Positions 9,371 through 18,588 of a DNA stretch of 64,000 nt are shown here, in pieces. This stretch comes from Promethearchaeota archaeon. GTDB taxonomy: Archaea; Asgardarchaeota; Lokiarchaeia; Sigyniarchaeales; SOKP01. Location of the stretch: positions 61,221-125,220 of the forward strand of contig JAEOUA010000009.1 of NCBI GenBank assembly GCA_016839555.1, written 5' to 3'. Both the position numbers and the translations under genes were made by a program. Under the pieces are notes generated by a model, which saw only the letters and a list, made by a program, of their open reading frames with translations, had not been told where the DNA came from and made no database searches. Position 1 is the first letter of the stretch. Every line of letters starts with the position of its first letter.

Positions 9371-11533
9371 ATGCTAAATCGCGATATATCGTATTTTTTT
9401 GACCCAAAAAGTATTGCAGTAATCGGAGCAAGCAACAAAGAAGGAAAAGTTGGTCATACGGTATTCAAGAATATAATTAATTCTAAATTTAAATATAAAA
9501 AGCAAATATATCCCATAAACCCAAATTATGAGGAAATCTTAGGATATAAAGCATATGAAAGCGTTTTAGATGTACCTAATGAAATCGACATTGCGATTTT
9601 TGTTATTCCTGGTAAATATGTTGTGCCTATAGCTGAAGAATGCGGAAAAAAAGGGATTAAAGGATTAATTGTAATTTCTGCGGGATTTAAGGAAATCGGT
9701 AGCGAAGGGGCAGAAAGAGAGGAGGAGCTGAAGGAAGTAGCTAATAAATATAGTATGCGCGTTTTGGGACCGAATTGTTTAGGAATAATTGGGTTGAATT
9801 ATAATGGCTCTTTTACTATTGATACCCCAAAAAAGGGGAATATAGCAATGATATCTCAATCTGGGGCAATGCTAGTGGGATTAATAGATATTTCAATGAA
9901 CGAAAGTTATGGCTTTTGTTGTAATATTAGCTTAGGTAATAAGGCAGATTTAAGTGCTGTAGATTTTATTGAATATTTAGCCGATGATGAGGATGCTAAG
10001 GTGATCTTATGTTATTTAGAAAGTATTAAAGATGGTAAACGATTTTTAGAGGTTGTACCTAAAACAGCAAGAAAAAAACCCATTGTTATTTTAAAGGCGG
10101 GTGTAAGTCAAGCTGGTGCAAGAGCCGCATCAAGCCATACTGGAGCATTAGCAGGTTCAGATAAAGCTTACGACTTAGCTTTTGAGAAATGTGGGGTTAT
10201 TAGAGCGCATACTATTGAAGATTTATTTGATTATGGAGAAATTTTTCTTTTTCAACCAATACCTCAAAAAAATTCTTTTGCAATTATCACTAATGCTGGT
10301 GGACCAGGAATTGTAGCTACTGATGCGTTTTCGAACGAAGATTTAAAATTTGCAGAATTTTCCGAGAGAATTTTACATGATTTGCGAGAACATTTACCTC
10401 AAGAGGCCGCAATATTTAATCCCATTGATATTGTTGGTGACGCTCCTCCAGAAAGATATGAATTTACACTAAAGACTGTTTTTGGAATTAATAGTAAGGT
10501 CGAAAAAAATCTGGGAAATCAAATTAATACTTATGGAGCTTTAGTAATTTTGACTCCACAAGCTCAAACAAAGCCAACACAAGTAGCAAAAATCATTAAA
10601 AATATTTCCCATACGTATTTGAAAGATAAGCCTCTTATTTGTTCTTTTATAGGCGATAAGTCAATTGCGGAGGGAAGAAAATACTTAAAAGACAATAAAA
10701 TACCTTGTTATCAATTTCCTGATAGAGGCGCTCGCTCGTTAAAAACATTACTTAAAAGGAGAGCATTTTTGGAAGAACTGCCTCTGGAAGAGCGCACATT
10801 TCCAGACTTCGAAGTAAACAAAACAAGAGTACTTGAAATAATTGAAGAAGCGAGAAATGATGGGCGAAAGGTTTTATTAGGAATAGAAACTGCGGAAATT
10901 TTTAAATGTTACGGAATTCAATCTCCAAAATCGAAATTAGTATATACTCCGAAAGAAGCCATGGATACTCAACCACAAATAGGGAAAACTATTATGAAAA
11001 TTGTGAGTCCTCAGATTATTCACAAAACTGATATTGGAGGAATTGTAATGAACATAGAAACTCCCGAACAAGCATTTGAAGCCTATATCCAAATAGTAGA
11101 CAATGTCAAAAAATTCGGTCCTCAAAATGCTAAAATCTATGGAGTAGAACTTCAAGAAATGATCAACTTTGATGAAAAAGAAAAAGTAAATGAATTAATT
11201 TTGGGAATGTCTCAAGATCCCCAATTTGGACCTATGTTAATGTTTGGTGCTGGAGGGATCTATGCAAATTATCTGAAAGATGTTTCCTTTATGCTCTCTT
11301 ATAAATTTACCGAAGATGATGCAAGAAAAATGCTTCAAGAAACGAAAATATACAGAATTCTCCAAGGAGTGAGAGGTGAGCCATCGTCGGATATTGAGGC
11401 CGTAATAGAAGTCTTACAGCGGCTTTCTAAATTAGTCAATGATATTCCAGATATTGTTGAATTAGATATCAATCCTTTAGTGGTTTTCGTTAAAGGTTAT
11501 TCTGCTTTGGATATAAAAATTACAATAAAATGA
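9371..11533 (+). CDS. ADP-forming acetate/acyl-CoA ligase, fused alpha-beta
   Basis: SIAVIGAS, GPNCLG, SQSG, SHTGALAG (phospho-His), NPIDI, then the ATP-grasp HKTDIGG and LDINP motifs. Confidence 0.92.
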   Translation: MLNRDISYFFDPKSIAVIGASNKEGKVGHTVFKNIINSKFKYKKQIYPINPNYEEILGYKAYESVLDVPNEIDIAIFVIPGKYVVPIAEECGKKGIKGLIVISAGFKEIGSEGAEREEELKEVANKYSMRVLGPNCLGIIGLNYNGSFTIDTPKKGNIAMISQSGAMLVGLIDISMNESYGFCCNISLGNKADLSAVDFIEYLADDEDAKVILCYLESIKDGKRFLEVVPKTARKKPIVILKAGVSQAGARAASSHTGALAGSDKAYDLAFEKCGVIRAHTIEDLFDYGEIFLFQPIPQKNSFAIITNAGGPGIVATDAFSNEDLKFAEFSERILHDLREHLPQEAAIFNPIDIVGDAPPERYEFTLKTVFGINSKVEKNLGNQINTYGALVILTPQAQTKPTQVAKIIKNISHTYLKDKPLICSFIGDKSIAEGRKYLKDNKIPCYQFPDRGARSLKTLLKRRAFLEELPLEERTFPDFEVNKTRVLEIIEEARNDGRKVLLGIETAEIFKCYGIQSPKSKLVYTPKEAMDTQPQIGKTIMKIVSPQIIHKTDIGGIVMNIETPEQAFEAYIQIVDNVKKFGPQNAKIYGVELQEMINFDEKEKVNELILGMSQDPQFGPMLMFGAGGIYANYLKDVSFMLSYKFTEDDARKMLQETKIYRILQGVRGEPSSDIEAVIEVLQRLSKLVNDIPDIVELDINPLVVFVKGYSALDIKITIK

Positions 11534-11619
11534 AGATTAACATAAAATAGAAAAATAAAATAATAAAAAATTCAAAAAAATATTATAAATTATAGTATTA
11601 CATTATAAAGAGGATCAAA

Positions 11620-12684
11620 ATGGTAAAAGGAATCTATTTATGTTCATTAGAAGAACGTGTCGGAAAGACTTTATTATCAATTGGGATTATCAAAAAATTA
11701 CAAAACGAAGGAAAAAAAGTGGGATATTATAAACCCATTGGAACTCCAAAAGCACCTTTTTCAAATAAGGCAGATCCAGACGTGGGGTTTCTGCAAAGTT
11801 GTGTGGAAATTGCAGAAATTCCGTATGATATTTTGTCGCCAGTATCCATTCCCGATTGTTATTATGTAGATTTAATCACTGCCGATAAAAAGGAAATATT
11901 TCGAAAGAATATTAAAAAAGCATATCAAAAGGTCTCTCAAGAATATGACTATATCATAATTGAAGGATCTCAGAGCATAAAGAAATATATTCGAGTAGGA
12001 GTAGATGATGTGAGTATTGCTCAAGTACTTGGTATTAATGAATTGGTCTATATTGAGACAGAATCTTCAGATAAGTGTATAGATAATATCTTTTTTACTA
12101 AAAAATATTTTGATTATAGGAATATAAATATTAAGGGGATTATTTTCAATAAAATTGATTTTGATTATTTTCCGAGGATAAATGAGTTAAAAGAACAACA
12201 TATCATCAGATATAATATTCCTATTATTGGAATTATCGAGAAAACTCTTGAATTATTATCTCCTAGAGTCGCTGAAATTAAAGAAGTAATAGGAGGGAAT
12301 TTATTAAATGAAGCTACTTCTGATGCTCTTAGTAACTTAGTGGAAACATACTTAATTGGGGCGATGGGGCCTCAAGCTGCCTTAAAATACCTTAGACAGG
12401 TTAAAAATGCCGCTTTTATCACAGGGGGAGATCGAACGGATTTAGCAATGGCTGCCCTCAACGAAAATGTGTCTGTATTGATTTTAACGGGGTTTATAAG
12501 ACCGGATACCTCTGTTATAACAAAAGCAAATCAAAAAAATATCCCAATTCTATTATCACCGTCAGATACTTATACCACTTTAATGAATATGGAAAAAGTT
12601 AAACCCGGTATTCAAGAAGAGGAAATAAGCTTAGTTTTAAAGTTAGTAGAGGAAAACCTTGATTGGGATGTGCTTTTAAAATAA
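11620..12684 (+). CDS. Phosphotransacetylase N-terminal-like protein (BioD-like P-loop plus DRTGG domain)
   Basis: GKT, GYYKPIG, IIEG, ITGGDRTD and LILTG motifs. No Pta catalytic domain. Confidence 0.88.
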   Translation: MVKGIYLCSLEERVGKTLLSIGIIKKLQNEGKKVGYYKPIGTPKAPFSNKADPDVGFLQSCVEIAEIPYDILSPVSIPDCYYVDLITADKKEIFRKNIKKAYQKVSQEYDYIIIEGSQSIKKYIRVGVDDVSIAQVLGINELVYIETESSDKCIDNIFFTKKYFDYRNINIKGIIFNKIDFDYFPRINELKEQHIIRYNIPIIGIIEKTLELLSPRVAEIKEVIGGNLLNEATSDALSNLVETYLIGAMGPQAALKYLRQVKNAAFITGGDRTDLAMAALNENVSVLILTGFIRPDTSVITKANQKNIPILLSPSDTYTTLMNMEKVKPGIQEEEISLVLKLVEENLDWDVLLK

Positions 12685-12772
12685 TTAAAATAAATGATTT
12701 CTCTTTTAGCCTATTTCTATTTGAAAATCTAAGATAAAATTTTGTTAATTTTAATAAATGGATTAAGAGGAT

Positions 12773-14230
12773 TTAAATCAAGTTTAATATTCTCATTTTG
12801 TTTTCTGCAATTTTATTCATTTCAATTGATTTCTCTAGGTTGATTGTGGATTCGCCAGAAATTCTTAAGGAGGGAGAGGTTCCAGATCTTCTTATCAATA
12901 ACCAACCTTTATTATATTCGAATCTACAGCCATCTGTTTGATTGATTCTTAATATTTTATAATCTAAATCTTCAAAAGTTGTTTTCATAATTTCAATAAT
13001 TTTTTGGTTTATAGTCTCAGTAAATGGGATATCTTTTTTCAATTTAAAATTTTGAGAATACCAAGGATATTTTGGGATATCTTCTAATAATTCTCGTAGA
13101 TTTTTTCCAGTATCAATCATCAACTTAATTACACGAGCTATAGTCGCTATAGAATCCGGTCCATAATGCCCTAAATCAGGCCATATATACGTACCTGAAG
13201 TTTCTCCTCCTAAAAATCCATTATGTTCTTTTAATGCGTTAGCAACCTTTATATCTCCCACTTTTGTCCTAATCACTTTACAGCCTAAAGGATTAAGCAC
13301 ATCATCTAACAAGTGTGATGCATTTACAGCAGTTACTACTATTTTATTCTTATTTTTTAATTTATCTTCTTGGTAATTTAAATAATATTTTGCCAATAAT
13401 GCAAGAAGCCTTATTGGGTCAATTATTTCGCCCTCCTCATCAAGGAAAATCACTCTGTCAGCATCTCCATCGAGTGCCATTCCAATATCTTCTTGTCTAG
13501 AAGATTTTAAAAATTCAGATAATTGTTTTAAGTTCTCTTCACTAGGTTCACTATATCTTCCTGGAAAATGCCCATCCATATTAGCATTTAGAGTAGTGAC
13601 ATTAATTTTATATCTACTTAACAATTTTGGAACTATCTCGCAACTTGAACCATTTCCAGTATCGACAATAATATGTAAATTACTTCCATCAAATTTAATC
13701 CTATCCACTACATAATTAATATGGGTATCGTTTATATCATTGATATGAGTGATTTTTCCAATATCTTTCCATTCAGTCTTTATAAAATCTTTATTTTCAT
13801 ATATTTGAGAAATTTCTATTTCTTGGTCAATGGTAAACCCCATCCCTGAAGGATTCCACATTTTCAACCCAATATATTCTGGGGTATTATGGCTTGCGGT
13901 AATCATGCAACCAGCATCTGCTTTTAATATTTGTAAAGACATCGCTAAAGTCGGAGTTGTAACAATTCCGAGAGTTTTTACATTACATCCCGCACTGATT
14001 AAACCTGAAATTAGGGCATATTCAATAGGCAAAGCAGAAGTTCTAATATCTCTGCCAATTACAATGGTTTTATTAATCAAGGATTTTGGAGAGGGCTTTT
14101 TATTTAAATAAGTTCCTAATGCTAAGCCAACATCTAAAGCCATGTGTGGAGTGAACATTAAATCAGATTCAGAATAATTCATGAAAACTCTTCGTATTCC
14201 ACATGTTCCGAAAATATTTGATTCTAACAT
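12773..14230 (-). CDS. Phosphohexomutase (phosphoglucosamine/phosphomannomutase family)
   Basis: TASHN, DGDADR, GGETSG and RRSGT motifs. Confidence 0.93.
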   Translation of the reverse strand: MLESNIFGTCGIRRVFMNYSESDLMFTPHMALDVGLALGTYLNKKPSPKSLINKTIVIGRDIRTSALPIEYALISGLISAGCNVKTLGIVTTPTLAMSLQILKADAGCMITASHNTPEYIGLKMWNPSGMGFTIDQEIEISQIYENKDFIKTEWKDIGKITHINDINDTHINYVVDRIKFDGSNLHIIVDTGNGSSCEIVPKLLSRYKINVTTLNANMDGHFPGRYSEPSEENLKQLSEFLKSSRQEDIGMALDGDADRVIFLDEEGEIIDPIRLLALLAKYYLNYQEDKLKNKNKIVVTAVNASHLLDDVLNPLGCKVIRTKVGDIKVANALKEHNGFLGGETSGTYIWPDLGHYGPDSIATIARVIKLMIDTGKNLRELLEDIPKYPWYSQNFKLKKDIPFTETINQKIIEIMKTTFEDLDYKILRINQTDGCRFEYNKGWLLIRRSGTSPSLRISGESTINLEKSIEMNKIAENKMRILNLI

Positions 14231-14458
14231 TCTTTAATAAGATAAAATTGAGTTCTTTAAAGGAGATGGGATAATTAGTTTGAAAAAAGATCTATTTAAT
14301 TAATTATTTATTTAATTAAAATAGTTTATGTTCGAATATAATTTTTCATATTTTTAAAAATTAAAAATTTAGAAAGAAAAGAATGAAAATACTTCAATCT
14401 CCTTTATAGACTAAAAATGAGTACTATGGTAATTAAAGAAAATATTATAAAATCTGAT

Positions 14459-15394
14459 CTAAGGATTGTATATATTTTCTGCTTCTAGATTTGCAAAGTC
14501 CCTTATTATCGTCTCATTACTTTCTAATATCATTTGAAATGCAATATCATAAATTATTTTGGTTTCTTCATCTTCAACAAGAATCTTTTTAATGATGTTT
14601 GCAAATCTGTTATTTATTTTCCACCCTTTAAGATTAAAATCAATATAATCTTCTTTCTTAGGGAAGATTTCTTTAAATATTCGATATCTTTCTTTAATTG
14701 CATTTTGTAAATCAGTTCCTTTAGCATAGGAGGCTATTTTAGAAATAATTTCTTTTCTAATCCTAAATATATTAGAGCCTTCTTCTAAAAGATTCTTTAT
14801 ATCCTTTTCAATTGTCTTTCTAATTTTTTTAGGAATCTGATTTAAAGCATTCAGATATTGTTTTTTTGAACTATAATGAGAAGAAGAAAATTTAATAGAT
14901 TCTTCCTTTAATTTAAATGTTTCTATGAATCGATTTTTCAGTTTATTAAATTCTTCCTTTAATAGTTCTGATAATTCTTTATTTAGATTTTTACCTTCGA
15001 AAAAAATATCCTTAAACTTGTCTATTATTGTTTTTTGAAATAAATTTAAAAATTTTAGATATTCTTTTTTATAAGTAGGATTATTTAGCATTTTATAGTA
15101 GTTCTCGGCAGTTTTCCAAATGAGGGCATCGCATACTCTCTTTTTTAATTGTGTACCTTTAGATAGATCTTTCTTGGTTAATTGAGGAGATTGAAAAGAT
15201 ACTGGTTGATCTGTGGTTAGAGTCTCATTAAGAGAAACAAAATAATTTTTAATATCATTATTTTTTTCAATATAACTACTTTCTCCTGCCATAATTCCTT
15301 TTAAGCGATTTAATTCTTCATATAGTTTTTCTTTTAAATCGTTAATAGTATTTTTATGAGAGAGGTAATCGTTTCTTGTATTTTCTTCTTTCAT
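14459..15394 (-). CDS. Hypothetical helical protein
   Basis: 311-codon ORF with no recognised motif. Confidence 0.6.
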   Translation of the reverse strand: MKEENTRNDYLSHKNTINDLKEKLYEELNRLKGIMAGESSYIEKNNDIKNYFVSLNETLTTDQPVSFQSPQLTKKDLSKGTQLKKRVCDALIWKTAENYYKMLNNPTYKKEYLKFLNLFQKTIIDKFKDIFFEGKNLNKELSELLKEEFNKLKNRFIETFKLKEESIKFSSSHYSSKKQYLNALNQIPKKIRKTIEKDIKNLLEEGSNIFRIRKEIISKIASYAKGTDLQNAIKERYRIFKEIFPKKEDYIDFNLKGWKINNRFANIIKKILVEDEETKIIYDIAFQMILESNETIIRDFANLEAENIYNP

Positions 15395-15507
15395 GGTTTT
15401 TATACCTAATTTAGCTTTTAAAAGATATACACTAAATTAATATTAAAAAAATAAGAAAAAACTATCTGTGGTATAATTTTAGAAGATCGAGATAAATAAA
15501 TAAAAAT

Positions 15508-15805
15508 TGTAGCCTAAAGCACTAACGCTTTTTTTTCATTTTTTGGATTTATCCATAAAATCTAAAAAGTTCTCTCGTGTTAGGCATTTTGGGGTAAACA
15601 TAATCATATATCCTGCCTGGGTTGCTGACTCAAAGCTCATCGCATCGGTATCCACCTTTGCTCAATTAAGAGCCCATTTATACAGGATTTTTCATGTTAT
15701 TGATTATTTGATTCAGAATGTATGCAGTTGGTTTGCACTTCATACTCATCTTTTAATCGTATGAGCCCTCGAAACGCAAGTATTCCTTCATCATCAATAC
15801 CCCAA
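15508..15805 (-). ncRNA. Multi-hairpin H/ACA pseudouridylation guide RNA with K-turns and C/D boxes
   Basis: Three stem-pocket-stem-K-turn hairpins, each followed by ACA or AUA at 15, 14 and 16 nt from the pocket top. Pockets are complementary to conserved 23S rRNA sequence. TATA-like box about 25 nt upstream and a T-rich tract directly after the last ACA. Confidence 0.8.
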
Positions 15806-15964
15806 TTAAATTAAGTTAATACAAAGTTAAAAATATTTGTCTCATAATGTAAAATTAACAAGATTATTGATCTTTTTCAACATGAATTAGAAGAAGCACC
15901 TAATTTTACAAAGAGGAATCAATAAATCATATTACAATAATAAATATTACTTTCATAGTTTAAT

Positions 15965-16312
15965 CTACTTCGGCATATAAAATTTACATACAGTACATTG
16001 GTAAGCTCTTAATCTCCTATCGGTTCCTAATATTATTAGTTTCTCCTTAAGAGATGAGCCACATTTCGGACATGTCTTAGTGAAGTTTTCCCTTATTGAA
16101 TTAAGGACTTTTTGGATACCATCCTCTACTCTTAAGATTTCTTTGGCATTATCGATGATTTTATTAGCAGATATAATCCCAATACCCTTGATCCAAGCTA
16201 ATTCCTCAGGTTTTGAATTTGCGATCTCCTCAATAGTCTTAATACCCGCTTTATGAAATCGTTCTGCTGATTTTGGACCTATACCCTTTACGCGAGAAAT
16301 TTCCTTGGACAT
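15965..16312 (-). CDS. Helix-hairpin-helix protein with C-terminal zinc ribbon
   Basis: VKGIGPKSA and IKGIGIISA HhH motifs, then CPKC...CTVC. Confidence 0.8.
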   Translation of the reverse strand: MSKEISRVKGIGPKSAERFHKAGIKTIEEIANSKPEELAWIKGIGIISANKIIDNAKEILRVEDGIQKVLNSIRENFTKTCPKCGSSLKEKLIILGTDRRLRAYQCTVCKFYMPK

Positions 16313-16472
16313 ATCAATGCAATATGATATCTTTTAAATTCTATTTAAGTAAGAAATGCTAAATGAAATAATCTTTTTTTATAAATTATTAAATTATATT
16401 AAAAACTTATTTTTTTCCTTATTCAATAAAAAAAATAAAAAAAATAGGGTTTTTAACTAATTTATTCCTATT

Positions 16473-17186
16473 TCAATCTAATTGACGTCCAACACCATAA
16501 TAAATAAAAATGGCGCCACAAATAGAAAAAACTAATCCAAATAAAGATAAAATAGTACTCAAAATTGTTCCAGGAAAAAAGGTATTTCGAATAAAGATAG
16601 AATATAAAAGGAGATAGAGAAATATTACCCCTCCAAAGAAGAACCTCCATCTTCCCCGCACAGTTTCGTCTTTAAATGAATTAAAGATTTTCCAGATATA
16701 ATATAATGTGGGAATTGTTGAGAATATAGTCGTGATACTCGAAACATATAAAAAGAAAAGCCAACCCCAGTAAGGTGTAAATTGATTTGCTTCAGTCATT
16801 TCAACTCCTAATTCGGGAATAATAGCAATGAAAAGCATACAAAAATATATAATACCCGTAGTCAAAATTAATATGATTTGCTTCTTAGGTTCAAATGCTT
16901 TTTCTGTTTTATATAGGAGAATTATAAAAAGTAGAAGAAATATCACTGCATAAAAGCTGAAAAAATTAGTCAGAAAATTCAAACCCTTAACTATAACTTC
17001 ATTTTCTAAAGGTGCGTAGATAAAATTAATTATTAATCCAATTGCTTCGCTGATATAAAACGCCGAAAAAATATAGTTTAATTTTTTCTTTTGTCGAGTA
17101 ATAATTTTAACTGCAAGAAACAAGAAAAAAACACAGAGGATCCCTTGTACGACATAGATTTGAATAATACGGATTAAACTTAACAT
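16473..17186 (-). CDS. Hypothetical membrane protein with about 7 TM helices
   Basis: About seven hydrophobic segments in 237 aa. Confidence 0.75.
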   Translation of the reverse strand: MLSLIRIIQIYVVQGILCVFFLFLAVKIITRQKKKLNYIFSAFYISEAIGLIINFIYAPLENEVIVKGLNFLTNFFSFYAVIFLLLFIILLYKTEKAFEPKKQIILILTTGIIYFCMLFIAIIPELGVEMTEANQFTPYWGWLFFLYVSSITTIFSTIPTLYYIWKIFNSFKDETVRGRWRFFFGGVIFLYLLLYSIFIRNTFFPGTILSTILSLFGLVFSICGAIFIYYGVGRQLD

Positions 17187-17434
17187 TTTGGAGTCCCAAT
17201 TTTAGTATTTTTATTAGTCTTACATAAAAATTTCTATATAATTATAATCATATTGTTCATTTATAAAGCTATTTTTTCAACTATTTTGTTTTATTAAATT
17301 CTAAAAGATTAAAAGAAAAGATTGAATTTACTATTCTGAATTCATCTTTTCAATCTTATTTTTATTGAGATTACCTTCAATATGATAATTATCTCAAACG
17401 ATTTATTTAAATAGGATAATATATTGTAAGTTAT

Positions 17435-18415
17435 GTGCTAGGGATCTTTTTAGTTTTTTTAATTCTAATTGGTGCTATCGCATTACTTGTATTTACTAGT
17501 AGAATTGCGGTAGTACATTCTGCCTCTTTAGCAGCGAGTCTCGGAGTATCTAGTCTTATCATAGGTATCACATTAGTTTCTATAGGGACAGATGTTTCTG
17601 AAATTTTTAATTCAATCATTTCTTGTGCGCTTGGCCATGGAGACATTGATGTAGGAGATTCAGTTGGGTCAGATCTCACGCAATTAACTTTAATTTTTGG
17701 ACTTTTACCATTAATATGCGGAAAATTTAATATCAATAGAAGAATTTTTCTTATTATTGGTTCTTGCGAAATACTTTCCTTAATATTGATATTTACAGTA
17801 GTAGAAAAGGGTTATTTTACTCGTGCTGATGCTCTTTTTATGATATTAAGTCTAATATTTTATTCATTAGTAACATACAATGTAACTAAAAGCGATATGC
17901 TCACCCGTGTGGATTTAATGTTGGAAGAGAAAGCAGAAAAACCAATCAAGAAAAATTTGCATTATCTCTTTTTTGCGATTGTAGGATTTTTGGGAGTGGC
18001 TTTATGTTCATATATAATTATTCAATCGATTATCTATTTATCTTCTCGTTTTAATATTAATGAATATATTATAAGTTTTTTTATGGTAAGTATTGGTACT
18101 TCATTACCAGAATTTAGTGTGGATGTATCTGCTTTAAGGAAAAAACATTATAATTTAGCTATTGGTGATATTATTGGAAGCTGTATTGTAGATTCTACAT
18201 TATCAATTGGGATAGGGCAATTTTTATTTCCTCAAGAAGTTTCTGCTAATTTAGCAATTCCTACTATTCTTTATACATTATTTGCTTCTCTTGTTGTAAT
18301 TTTGGTGGTAGCAAAAAGAGAGATGATGGATTGGAAAGCAGGTATCTTGTTTATAATAATTTACATATTTTCATATCCATTCCTATTATTTATAGAATAT
18401 AGTTTATACCTTTAA
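17435..18415 (+). CDS. Na+/Ca2+ antiporter (CaCA family)
   Basis: Alpha-repeat motifs SIGTDVSE/GDSVGSD and SIGTSLPE/GDIIGSC. Confidence 0.9.
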   Translation: MLGIFLVFLILIGAIALLVFTSRIAVVHSASLAASLGVSSLIIGITLVSIGTDVSEIFNSIISCALGHGDIDVGDSVGSDLTQLTLIFGLLPLICGKFNINRRIFLIIGSCEILSLILIFTVVEKGYFTRADALFMILSLIFYSLVTYNVTKSDMLTRVDLMLEEKAEKPIKKNLHYLFFAIVGFLGVALCSYIIIQSIIYLSSRFNINEYIISFFMVSIGTSLPEFSVDVSALRKKHYNLAIGDIIGSCIVDSTLSIGIGQFLFPQEVSANLAIPTILYTLFASLVVILVVAKREMMDWKAGILFIIIYIFSYPFLLFIEYSLYL

Positions 18416-18588
18416 AGAATGATTTTTTTAATGATAATTTATAATCTTAAAAAAGTTGATTAAGAATTTTTTTATACAAATAAAACTATTACATCTTTTT
18501 TAAGAATTGTAGACATCTTTGAAAATAAGAGTATATAAAAATATCAAAAGATTTATTTAAATAGAATTTATGAACAATATTTAGTATT

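Noticed and set aside
15543-15764. 73-aa plus-strand ORF
   Set aside because: No protein motif. It is antisense to the structured guide RNA, which explains the base composition.
15508-15805. SRP RNA or RNase P RNA interpretation of the ~300-nt element
   Set aside because: The SRP helix-8 motif and the RNase P CR-I/CR-V motifs were not found, and H/ACA geometry fits three times.
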